NCBI RefSeq assembly: GCF_964204645.1
Contig: NC_134034.1
Location: 12,474,962-12,538,961 of the forward strand
From: Tubulanus polymorphus
Lineage: Eukaryota > Animalia > Nemertea
Direction: 5' to 3'
DNA: 64,000 nt
Numbering within the stretch: the first letter of the stretch is position 1; each line of letters starts with the position of its first letter. Below are positions 36,503 to 49,000 of this stretch, one piece after another. Position numbers and translations under genes: made by a program. The notes below the pieces were generated by a model that saw only the letters and a list, made by a program, of their open reading frames with translations, searched no databases and was not told where the DNA came from.

Positions 36503-37472
36503 CAATATGCAACTATTGTGTATTAGTAATAGTGTGTTTAATTGATAATCGATTAGAACATTCTGGGTTACGTTTTCAGAAACCCTGTAGAATTCGAATG
36601 ATAAACTTTGGTCAAGTTTGAAAAAAACGAGTTTCTCAAATTCCTATTTGGGCGCCTCCGAGTATAGTCTGACCCTAGTAAGTAACCTGTCCGTGGCATC
36701 CCATTATAAAAGCTTATTGTAAATTGTATAACCCATCCGATTATATAAGCTTACCGGTACCAACGATTAGGTAACTAACTAAGTCTGACCCGGGATAGAC
36801 CTACCCCATATAGATATATGAGAGGCTCGGCCGGTTGTATTCAACAACAACGACTTCTCAACGATATCGAATGAACTTTCTTCCTGAAAGATGATGCACG
36901 TCGTGTTACGTCCTTTGAATCTCGTCGGGCGTACTATAATGACGTGTCCCTCAGGATGTCCAATCAGTATGGCACCACATCCATTAGCACAACCAGACGA
37001 CACTTGTCTAATCGATCATCGTCAATTTATTTTGCTTCGCATCTTAAAGTAGCTCTCAAAATCATTTACATCTCCGACCACAGCGGATCGGGAAGATCAA
37101 ACTCTGTTGAATTCGCAGTGCGTCTTCACTAAATACCAACTTTTCGGTCGCAATTCAAATAGAGTCGGGGTTTGTGAATTGGGTAAACTTCTTAAGACTC
37201 GGGAGAGAAATTCGAAACTCTCAAACTTGGGTCTCGACCTGTAAAAACACTGGATATCGGTTAATTCTACGGTTACAAATTTGAATATATAAATCAAATG
37301 AAGTGATTCATTTATAATCCTCACATCAAATTAAACGAAACGACTCGGAGAACTGTGGCAACTCGCTCCTCGGGAGAAATTCGATTCGTGGTTAAGAAGA
37401 AAACAGCGCAGACGTTAACGTAAATTTATTCGAAAATAGGATTTAAAACAAGGCGAACAAAACAGTCACAAC

Positions 37473-40400
37473 ATGAATGAAACTGCGGCTGATGTTTATG
37501 ACAATTCGACTGATGTCATCGTGACGTCTCTGAAACCTCATCTTAAACTGACCACAGGATTCGGTATATTCATCGGATGTTATCTAGCATTTACAGGTAA
37601 TCATTATTATTATTACAGGATATCATTTAGCGTCAACAGGCGGCAGGTGTAAATTGTACACTACTCCACCCCCGAGTTGGATCGGCTATCAACTCGGAGT
37701 TAACCGTACAACTCGGATGTTTGTTGGAATATTTCTTTTTTTGTGTGGCACGATTTTAGAAATAGATAACATCCAACCCTGAAATAAATATATGAATGAA
37801 TGATAAGCCTAGTTACACAGGTAGTGACTGAATTTGATTTTAATATTCAAAATGATTTGTCATAAGCAATTAACGAACCTAAGGGTCAAAATCTAACCAT
37901 AAACTGTGCGCAACGCGGCCCTATTATAATTTCTTTTGTCTCTATGTTATACAGGTGTGTTCGGGTTTAATTTGACTCGGAACCCAGTTCCACAGTTTTG
38001 TGGGGTTCATTCGACTCTGGATTCAGTTCCACAGTTGTGTGTGTGGGTTTGATGCGATTCTGAATCCAGTTTCCAGTTGTGTGGGTTTAACTTGACTGAA
38101 CTCAGTTCCACAGTTGTGAGCGAGGACTCAGTTATTTATACATTTGTCTCTTTGTCAGGTGTGTTCGGTTTTATTTCAAATGGCGTGTTCTTCGTCGCCT
38201 GGTTTAAAACGCCCTCTTTACGCACCCCGATGAACTTGTTTCTATTACACCTGGCTCTAGCCGATGCCATGATGTGCCTCGTGGCGTTTCCATTTTCGAC
38301 TATCGCCGCGTTCAAGGTAAGAGGTAACGGGTGAATGACGGCCTATATTTCTTAATTGCAAATAACTAAATAATATTCAACCCTTAATACGAAAGCGAAT
38401 GCTGTGGTCATAACTAAACCATATTCAACCCTAAATTAATACGAAAGCGAATGCTGGTCATGAATTGGGCGGATCCAGGATATCTACAATGGGTGCTCTG
38501 CTGCTGGTCATCCGCCAGAAACATTTCAAAACTTTTTGCAGTCTCATCTTAAGAGAATCTTGCGCTGCGAACAGCTGCTAGCTTGTTATGGGTGGAAAAA
38601 GTGCCCTAAAATGATGTCCATCGTATTTTTGAAAATGGCTACGGAAGCACGTGCTCATAGCGCTGTCGTCTGCGCCCTCGGATAATCCGTATATCGTCTG
38701 CTACTAATAAATTTGTCCCCGAGTTGATGATGAGTTCACTCTGATGTGCATTGATTTGTTACAGAACGAATGGACGTTCGGACAGATGGCCTGCGACGTC
38801 GACGGGTTTTTCGGGTTTCTAACCGGTAATACCAGCATCACGATGTTGTCAGTGATTAGTTTTGACCGGTATCTACACGTGTGGAAACCATTTAGTCGTG
38901 AGTATATATTACGTACTGTAATACTGTATAATAACTATATTTAAATGAAAAACATTTCTGCGAAAAAAACCCACAGTAAGATTTATAGATATTATTATAT
39001 ATTGCGGGTCTGGTGGCCCCCCCCCCCTAGAAAATTTAGAAAATCTAGTTACATTGTTATGCGCAATGTTAGTGCATATTACTGTTTTAAGAAGTAATGT
39101 AGACTTTTGCCATTGAGCAAAGTCGGGTGAAGATTTTCACCTGTGATTTTTCAAAAGGACCCCCGATTACCCCACTCTGGACCCGTGCCTGGAATCATTG
39201 GTTTTTCATTGAAACATCTTCTCGGATTTCAGCGTTTTGTATGGGATCCATGAAAAAAGTCTGGATAGTCAGTTGTAGTATATGGTTGTATTCGATCACG
39301 TGGTCTCTGTGCCCGATATTCGGCTGGAGTAGCTACGCGCTGGAACCGCACGGCGTAAGTTCATCAAAACTGATTTAGAAATATCTTTTTGGCTCATTGC
39401 AAAATAACACTTGATACATTGTTTACAATGGACCCGCGTTGGCGGCATTTAGATGACGTAGGCCTTCTATTGTATATTAATATATTGTCGACGCAGTGAT
39501 TGGTCTAAGCCGCCTGAACCTGGCCCTGTCGACCTAGAGTCCATCGGTTCGAACCTTCTCGGTCGCGACAGAGTTTATGGTCGCAGGGAGTGGTTCCCCT
39601 CTGGCCTTTCCATCGAACCGACTAATAACGCCCTGCGTGAAGCTCATTGGTTTGAGGGTATTAAAGAAGAGCCACGTTCGACACTGCCCTAAAGCCTTAC
39701 TGGGTAATATATTACATATGTTTGTGCATTTATTACTTTCAAAGCCGTCAAATCTTCTTGTTATTTACGGCACTGCTAGCATGACGTGAAAAACGTTGGT
39801 TTTTGATGAGTGAGTGTGAGACCTAATATGTGATTAGTTACTAATGAGTTTCTCATTAGCGTCCCCTGGGAGAGAGACTTATATATAACAGACAGGATTG
39901 ATCAGACAATTTTGCTATTACGCCATTGTATTTTCTTTATGCAAACGAACTGGGCGGAAATAAACATTATCGATCGATACGAATGGTCGAGAAAGTGCCC
40001 CCTGGTGGGTTCGTCGAACAACAACAATTTTAACGCGCCGGATTACGCGCGCACGCGGTGACGAAGTCTCCACAGAACGGATACAATTTCGCTCGGTCAT
40101 GCTTCTCATTATACGGAACCGCACGAAGACGTGCGAACTGTCGGAAGTTCGTTTCCCCATTCATTCAAACATTTGAAAGTTTGGTTTTATATGATAATAG
40201 TGAAAGATAGTCTTACTACGGGTCCATAGTGTAACTACGTATTGTTTATATCATATTTCATTTCCGCACACCGTAAAATGAACCCGGTCGTCTGCTCCTC
40301 CTCAATGAAAATGAATTATTACTGAATCGATGATGTTGGGAGATTATTGGTTATATAAAACTGTCGTTATGAGCAAAGCCAGTTCCATGGATTCCAAAGT

Positions 40401-41496
40401 ATACTCCGGCCTTCGACCCAGGAGCTACTGATTTTATCTTACGTTTAGTTTTAATAATTTTAGTCTCCTGCTCGACTGGGACACTCCCTTTTCTTTCAAT
40501 GAAAGTGAATAATCGCCGAATCGATGTAGGAAATTATCAATTGTCAAAACTGTCGATATATCCGATATATCCGATATATCCGATATATCCGATGTAAGCA
40601 GAATTTCTACTTTCGGACTCGAAAACATGTTCCGACCGCACGAAAAAAGACGACCATGCGCGTTAAAACGAAAAGTTGGTCGTAACGTGGCGTTAAAACG
40701 AAAAGTGAAAAATGTGAAATAAAATTGAAGGGGCTTGAATGACATGGACCACTAACTGGAAGCCAATGGGGGCCAGTAACTGGGCCCATTAACTGCAGCC
40801 CAACAAATGGAGTTCAATAACTGACCAATCATTTATAATTGCAGATTGTGCCAATTGGATTTGATATTTCAAATTTAAAAGAAATATATTTGACAAAGTC
40901 AAGATCGGTTTTAAATCTCATTGCAGACGTCCTGTACTGTAGACTGGTTTAGCGACGGAACCGGAAACCTGACTTTCATCGTCGCCATGTTTGTGTTCGT
41001 GTTTTTTATTCCGCTAATCGTCATGATCTTTTCGTACGGGTCGATCATGAAATGGACGCGCATGCGCACCAAGAAATTCAAAGAAAGCGCCACCATAACC
41101 GATTCGGAGAAGCAGCAAATCAAATCTGAACGCAAAATCATACTGGCAAGTTTCAATCGCAATTTGTCTGATAAAACCTGATTTTTGTTTATTCCTGAAA
41201 AAAAATTCACGAAGAATCTAATCTAATTACAGATGGGTGTAACTATGGTTTCAGCGTTTTTGTTTTGTTGGACGCCGTACGCCATTGTGTCGTTTATGGG
41301 CACGTTGGGCTTGTATGATCAGTACGGTGTACAGGGTTCAGCATTTGCCCCGGTGCTCGCTAAATCTGCCGTTATCGTCAACCCGATCATTTACTGCATC
41401 ACGAATAAAAACTTCCGTTCCGCTTATTACAAAATAATCTTCTGCCGAGCGCCGCCGATCGCTCAAGTTCATCCGGATTCGAATAGCTGCGGTTAA
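37473..41496 (+). CDS. Opsin A, group-4/tetraopsin (peropsin/Go-opsin-like), 339 aa, 6 exons
   Basis: Exons 37473-37596, 38159-38316, 38765-38897, 39233-39354, 40927-41145 (GC donor) and 41233-41496. Motifs: LRTPMN, LAxAD, DRY, GWSSYALEPHGTSCTVDW (E181), CWTPYA, APVLAKS with retinal-binding K296 (codon 41362-41364), NPIIY, NKNFR. Confidence 0.92.
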
Positions 41497-43066
41497 ACCC
41501 CGCTAGGGGACGCGCGAGTATATATAGCGCGTTGATTCGGCCGGTAACGTTCTAAGTGATCAACTTTAGTTGAAAATTCGGATTCTTAATCAATCTAAAC
41601 TTTACGATGTTTTAAAAAGTTTTTTTTTCGAATTCTTTATTGTGGGACTAATATATATTTTACTCGCCTTTCGCGATTCATTGCGAAATTTTGCCGCGTC
41701 GCTAAAAAACCGCGAAACCTACTAAAAAAGCCTACAACACGGGGGAGTTGAAAACCTGGCTAAATCTATCAAAATAGGTCTATATGTATATAGATCCTTC
41801 CAATAGCACATGTACACAGGGGCATTAGGGGGTTTAGCCCCCCCCCCACTACGTGTCCGGAAATTTTCTTATAGTGATTAGTGATATCAATTATGGTAAT
41901 GATCTGAGACTTATTCAAATCTTTATCGATGCTGTATCGACGTCTGCCTGAAATAACTGTACACACATTTTTATGAATGCCTTTTTTTCATCTAAATATA
42001 TCATGTAGAAAGATTTATATATCTGGTGAAAACACTGCGCTCGTTGCCAATTTGCACCACAGTCGCCCCTTCGGTTAAAACGGTCTTAGTTAACTTAAAA
42101 CGTTCTATCTCCTCGAACTGGCCTTAAGATCTTAGACCACGTTTGTATCAAAGCCTGACTGTGGCCTCGGGACTTTTTTAACTCGGTCCAGTATTTACAC
42201 TGGTTGGACGTGTTTTCTTTACGTTTATATATTATTGTCTAACTGCACACGTATTTTTGTTATTGTTACTTCCTGTTGTTCAGAAAATTGTGTCCATCCC
42301 TATCCGGCCACCGTGTTGATTGGTTATGTTGTTGGTTATTGCTTAACGGTGATTGGCTATTGTTTGATAAAGCGGTCAGATTCACCAATACCACGCGTGG
42401 CGCTGACCAAATTACCGATACACTTATACCACCATTCAGCATCTATCCAGAGAGAGAGAAAGAGGGAGAGAGAGAGAGCTGTATGAGATGTGAGGATTAA
42501 CATGTCGTGAGGAGTGAAACACCTCAGACGGTTGTGTAATCACAACCCACTTCATACGATTTTTTAAAAGATTCAAAAACGAAATTCTAAATTCATTAAA
42601 ACCAAAGACTGAAAAAGAAACGTCGTCTCGGAGTCGAGGGTGAAACAATCGTCTGCTATAAACAGAGAGAGAGAGAGTCCGAGAGTCCGCAACTTCGAGT
42701 ATCTTTCGATTCATTTCGTTACTATTCGTTTTGTATCAAAGTGTGTTTCAATTATATTTGACCGGAAGCTAGAATTAGGACTTCATCACTCATAACGAAT
42801 TTATAACGTGTTAATAATAATGTGAGGGGTTCGTTTAACGGATTACATTTCGAATAAAGAACGAATAAAAACCGATGCCATAAGTCTCAAATGGATTCCG
42901 GCTTTGAGCGGACGTTAATTCGGTCTAATTGCAATTACCTTCGCGGAAGTCGTTTCGGAATAAGCTTCGTCGAGGATTATTAAACCCCAGTCAAACTTTG
43001 ACGACGCGGGCAACAAAACGTTCTGAGAGATACAGACGAGAAAGATCTCGCGCAGAAGAAACAGCT

Positions 43067-46000
43067 ATGAATTCTACAGCCATCAACTTGACCGAATTTA
43101 CGTCTCCGATGAGACCCCACATCAAACTGACGACAGGTTTCAGCGCTTTTATCGGATACTATTTAGCGATTATCGGTAAGTTATAAACACCAGTTCCACA
43201 ATTCTGGGTCAAGTTCTGCTATTCTGGGTCCAGTTATGCTGTTCTTGATCCAGTTCCTCAGTTCTGCATCCAGTTCCACAGTTCTGGGTCCAGTTCCACA
43301 GTTCTGGGTCCAGTTCTGCTATTCTGGGTACAGTTATGCTGTTCTTGATCCAGTTCCTCAGTTCTGGGTCCAGTTCCTCAGTTCTGGATCCAGTTCCTCA
43401 GTTCTGCATCCAGTTCCACAGTTCTGGGTCCAGTTCCACAGTTCTGGATCCAGTTCCACAGTTCTGCATCCAGTTCCACAAATCTGGGTCCAGTTCCACA
43501 GTTCTGGGTCCAATTCCTCAGTTATGGATCCAGTTCCTCAGTTCTGGATCCAGTTCCACAGTTCTGGGTCCAGTTCCACAGTTCTGGATCCAGTTCCACA
43601 GTTCTGCATCCAGTTCCACAGTTCTGGGTCCAGTTCTGCTGCTCTGAAGAGTCATTCAAATTGTATAAATAAAATCTTAGTTTTTTTCAACATTGAGTCA
43701 AATTTTGTTTCACATCTGTAGAACCGTGTCTCCTGTAGTCACTGTCTGTAGAACCGTGTCTCTTATTGGTCACCGGTCACCACACCTGACTGGTCACCAG
43801 TCACCACACTGACCAGACAAACTTACAAACACAGGCAGTCGTCGCTGGTCCTATGGTCTAGTGGTTAGCATGTGCGGCTTGTGCGCTGGATGTCCTGGGT
43901 TCGAATCAAATCGGAACTGGTGATACGGTTACGAACCTGGGTTAGGGCAGTTTTAGTTTTCCCATACGTGGCAATATCTGATCTCGTCAATTTTGGCTTA
44001 AATCGAAAATGATTTTTCTTTCATCAGGATTTTGCTTTTGGCGATTTGCCGAATAACATGAAGGGAGTTTTGGGAGGTTTGTGATTGCAGGCGTCGTGTA
44101 AATGATGCACGGTATTGAACTAGTGAATGCTTCATGACTCTACGTGATATCCTATACACAGTACCCTTCATTAGCGTCTTTGTCGCGTCAATGAAACGCG
44201 TTAATAGAATTGCTAAAGGTTCCATCGTTAACTGTGATAGTGATAACTCCTAATCAACGACGCGGTCATAGCCAGTTCGTCGTGGTTCAGTATCTCAGCA
44301 TTCAGTTCGAGTTGTGCGGGTTTAATTTGACTCTGGACCCAGTTCCACAGTTGTGCGGGTTTAATTAGACTCTGGGCCCGGTTCCACAGTTGTGCGGGTT
44401 TAATTAGACTCTAGACCCAGTTCCACAGTAATGCGGATTTAATTTGACCCTGCGATCCAATTCCACAGTTATGTGGTTTTCATTCGACTCTGTACCCAGG
44501 TCCATGTAGTCGTGTGGGTTTGATTAGACTCTAGACCCAGTGTCGGCAAAACCAACTAACGGCAAAGAATTGAGAGGCGAAGAGTTGGTTGTCAAGCTGA
44601 AGTCTATATTTTAACTGCACCACATTTACAAATTACATGGGTTTATATAGTAAGGTAAGTTTACAAGAATAAAGTTTGGTATAGAAAAATAGTGCCAGAC
44701 ACTGACTTTGCACAATAACTTGGACCCGGGTGAACTATATTACAATACACATACTTGGAGTTCATGCAACCATAAACATACTGGGAATTAATACGGCGAA
44801 CAACAGATTGAAGAATCAATATAAAATAAACGACCGTGAAGCGGGCATAATAATGCGATAAATCTGTAACATTTCCTCCAGCTCAAAACATGATGCAGAA
44901 CAATATTTAAAAATACTATATCAAATTTTAACTTCGAATCAAGCGACGACGTCTACGACTACGATTTCAGTCTTTAACTGTCTACAGCACGACGCAAAAC
45001 GGTTCGTTTTTCAAATGTCCGACTTTTCGAGGACACAAAGCTTGCTGACAGGACGACGCAACAAACCTGTGGATAATTTGACCTCGGCGGATCGGACGAC
45101 TCCATCGGCTCCAGGAAAAACGTCTACTATGCGACCAAGCTTCCAGTAGCTGCGCGGGCACCTATCGTCTACGACGAGAACGACATCTCCAATTTCCAGG
45201 TTTCGCGTCTGACGAGTCCACTTGCTACGTCTGATCAGAGTCGGGACATACTCCTTTCTCCATCTCTGCCAGAAGTGATCAGCGAGAGTCTGTGCTTGCT
45301 TCCAGCGGCGTTGGTGACTAACAGCTACATCAGAAATCACCGGTGACAAATTAGGACTGGATCTCCCCAACAGAAAGTGACACGGTGTTAGCGCTGACGG
45401 ACAGATATCGTTCGCGTCGGTGTAGGTTAGCGGACGCGAGTTCAGCACGGCTTCGACCTCCACAAGAACAGTGTGTAGCACCTCATCTGTTGGAGTAAGG
45501 TTTCCGATGACAACCTTCAAGCACTTCTTAACGGATGAAACCAAGCGCTCCCAGACGCCTCCCATATGGCTGGCTGTCGGCGGGTTGTAGAACCATTGGA
45601 TCTGGCGTTGAGACATCTCATCATTGATACGCTGCTGGTTCAGAGCATCTAGCGAATGACGTAACTCTCTCTCCCCAGACTTTAGGTTGGTTCCGTTATC
45701 CGAGTATACAGTGGCTGGACGACCTCGACGGGCGATGAAGCGGCGAAAAGACATCAGGAAACTGTCTGTGTCCAGTGAATGGCTAACTTCAATGTGGACA
45801 GCTCTGGTTGACAGGCAGGTAACTAGGAGACCATATCTCTTCTCTGTCTTGCGTAAGCGGCGGACATCAAACGGACCAAAGTAGTCGATCCCAATACAGC
45901 TGAATGGGAAGCTTGTGTTGAAACGGGCAGCAGGCAAATCTGACATCAATGGAACTTCAGGCTGGACACGCCTCAACTTGCACTTCATGCACTGGCGCAC

Positions 46001-49000
46001 AATCTTCTTAACGGTAGAACGGGCTCTCGGAACGTAATACTCTTGACGGACTTCGTTTAAAGTATGCTCTGGACCTTCATGCATCAGGAGGACGTGGATA
46101 GCTGTGACAATCAGACGGGTGACATCATGACTTCTTGGCAGTATCATCGGGAACTTGACAGCGACATCAACATCAGCATTCTTCAACCGACCGCGTGCTC
46201 TCAGGATTCCATCTTCATCTATGGTAGGACACAGCTGTAGGAGTTTGCTGGAACGAGCGATCTTCTTCTGAGCTTTGATAGCAGAGTATTCTTCTGGAAA
46301 ACCATCTTCTTGGGCAGACTTTATGACTAACAACCTGGCAGCATCCATTTCGGTGGCAGTAAGCGGACCAATTCTGCAACTGGACTTCTTGATCTGCGAA
46401 CCAGCATTCCGGATGAACCTCAGGACACAAGCGACAACTCTGCGGTATCGAGTCCAGGACGAAAAACGAGAAGGATCTAGTACATGGTTGGCTTTCGTCC
46501 GAGCGGTGATGTTGACGGATCTTCTGATTTCCGGATCATTTGTATCCAGGTTGACAATAGGCAGCGACACATCTGGCCAACTATCTTCCGACTGGTACAG
46601 GAAAACTGGCGCTTGAAACCATCTCTCAGCAAGGGCAGCAGCTGGTATACCTCTGGAACAATCATCAGCCGGGTTTTGACTCCCCGGTACATGGCGCCAT
46701 TGTTTGGGAATGGTAGAGTCGTGGATTTCGGCAACCCGAACGGCAACAAACATGTGGAACCTCTTGCTTTCATTCGACACGTAGGACAGGACCACCTTAC
46801 TGTCTGACCAGTACAACGTTTCGTCAATGTGGCACGTAACTTCCTTCTTTATGGATTCACCAAGTCGTACAGCTAGGACTGCAGCCTGTAACTCCAGACG
46901 GACTATCGACATCTTCTTCAGAGGGGCAACTCTAGTTTTGCTCATGACAAAACAGCATCGGGTGGTACCATCTGGCATCATCATTCGGAAATAAGCGACA
47001 GCACCGAAGGCTTTTTCCGATGCGTCGCAGAACAGGTGGAGTTCTCTTCTTACAGGCTCAACATCTGTGGGCTTGAAGCATCTTGGGATCGTGACTTCTG
47101 ACAGCTTGGGCAGGTCTTGTAAGAGCTCTCTCCACTGGACAACATCTTCTTCTGGCAATTCAGCATCCCAGTGTAACTTCCTGGACCATGTAGCTTGCAT
47201 CTGGATTTTGGCTCTGATGATGACAGGTGCTATCATACCAAACGGGTCAAAAATCGAGGATATTAGCCTGAGTAGTTCTCGACGGGAAAATCTCTTCAGC
47301 TCCAGACTAGGCAGCTTGATACCAATTTCATCCGTCTCAGCATTCCACCAGACACCTAAGGCTCGCTCGGAGGGTAGACGATCAGTGGCGACATCTACGG
47401 ACAGCTCTCCTGGTGGAAGGGCTTGGATGACTTCTCTGCTGTTGCTTAGCAACTTGGTCAGTCGGAAACCTCCATGGCGTACAGTTCGAGTAACATCTTG
47501 TACCATTCTGGTTGCTTCGGGTGGCGTAGTCTCTGAGTGTAGAAAATCGTCCATATAGAAGTCTCGTAGAATGGCGTCTCGGACATCTGCAGCGACCCCT
47601 GGCTCGTCAGCGGTTTTCCGAAGGGCAAAACAAGCTATGGCTGCTGAGCACCGGGCACCAAAGATATTTACGACCATCTGGTATGCATCGGGCTCTCGGT
47701 CTTCAAGATCTCTCCACAGGAAACTTAAGGCAGGCTGGTCTTCTTCAGCAATCTTCACCTGGTGGTACATTGCCTCAATATCACCCATAACAGCAACAGG
47801 CTCTTGCCGAAATCTCAGCAAAATCCCTGGTAATCTTTGAAGGAAATCTGGACCGGACATCAACTGGTTGTTGAGGGAGACTCCCTGGTAACTGGATGCT
47901 GCATCAAAGACCACACGCAACTTCTTCTTCTTGGGGTTGCAGACAGCATGATGCGGTAGGAACCATCGCTTCGGGCTTGGAACATCGGCTTCTTTGGCAG
48001 TCAGTTTTCTGGCATAGCCCTTCTCTAGGTAGGTCTGAAAAGTCTTGCTGTAAGCGTCTGTCTTCTTAGCGTCATTCTTCAGCATCTTTTCCACACTTCG
48101 AAGTCGGTTGAGGGCACATGGTTTGTTGTCTGGTAACTTCACATCGGACCTTTGCCATAACAGCTTCGTCACATAATGACCATCCACGAGGTGAGTATTG
48201 TCTTCCAGCATCTTCTGAGCTCTCGTATCTTCAAGTGACTGAACTTCCATCTTGCTGTACTTCACACCAAACGACTCTGTTGACCACCATTCTCTGACAA
48301 GCGCCGTCAGTTCGTCATTTTCTTCGTTGGATTTCTTAAAGAGGTACACGCTTGGACTGGAGCCTGCTGGTGACAGGAAGTTACAGGTACGACCAGTAAG
48401 CGCCCAACCAAAATCTGTACGGACAGCTATGGGCTGATTTGGCTTCCCCACTCTTGATTCATGCTGGACTATGGCTTCGGTGACATTGGCTCCAAGGAGA
48501 ACTTGAACATCAGAGATATCTGGCGACGAGACTTCTATGTCATCAAGATGCGACCAGCTTTGCTTCGGTTTCAGTCGAGTGTGAGCAACAGGAATCTTCA
48601 GGGCAGGAACGGACCATACTTCGTCTACATTTATCAGCTTCTGTGTGCTACCACTTGCGAGCGGGGCGACATCTAGCTTCACCAACTTCACTGCTCTCTG
48701 GCATCCTTGACCTTCAACTGTATTCAGCCGCAGCATCTTGTCTTCACCATCTAGACCAAGTTGATCAACGATTTCTTGACTGCATAAAGACGTCTGCGAA
48801 CCAGGATCCAAGACAGCAAATGTGTCGACAAATTTACCATCGTCACCATGGAGACGGAGAGGAACGACTTGCAGAAGGACTTCGTCACTTACAGCAGGTT
48901 TCCTGGCTAAGGTGTAAACTAGCTTCTTAGGTGGATCTTCTTGCGGTTTCTTGTCTGCAACGGGCTGAGGCACGGTCCCCGTTGACGGCTGTGAGCTCCC

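Noticed and set aside
43847-43912. Functional tRNA gene
   Set aside because: A/B boxes are present but acceptor and anticodon stems do not pair; treated as a SINE head.
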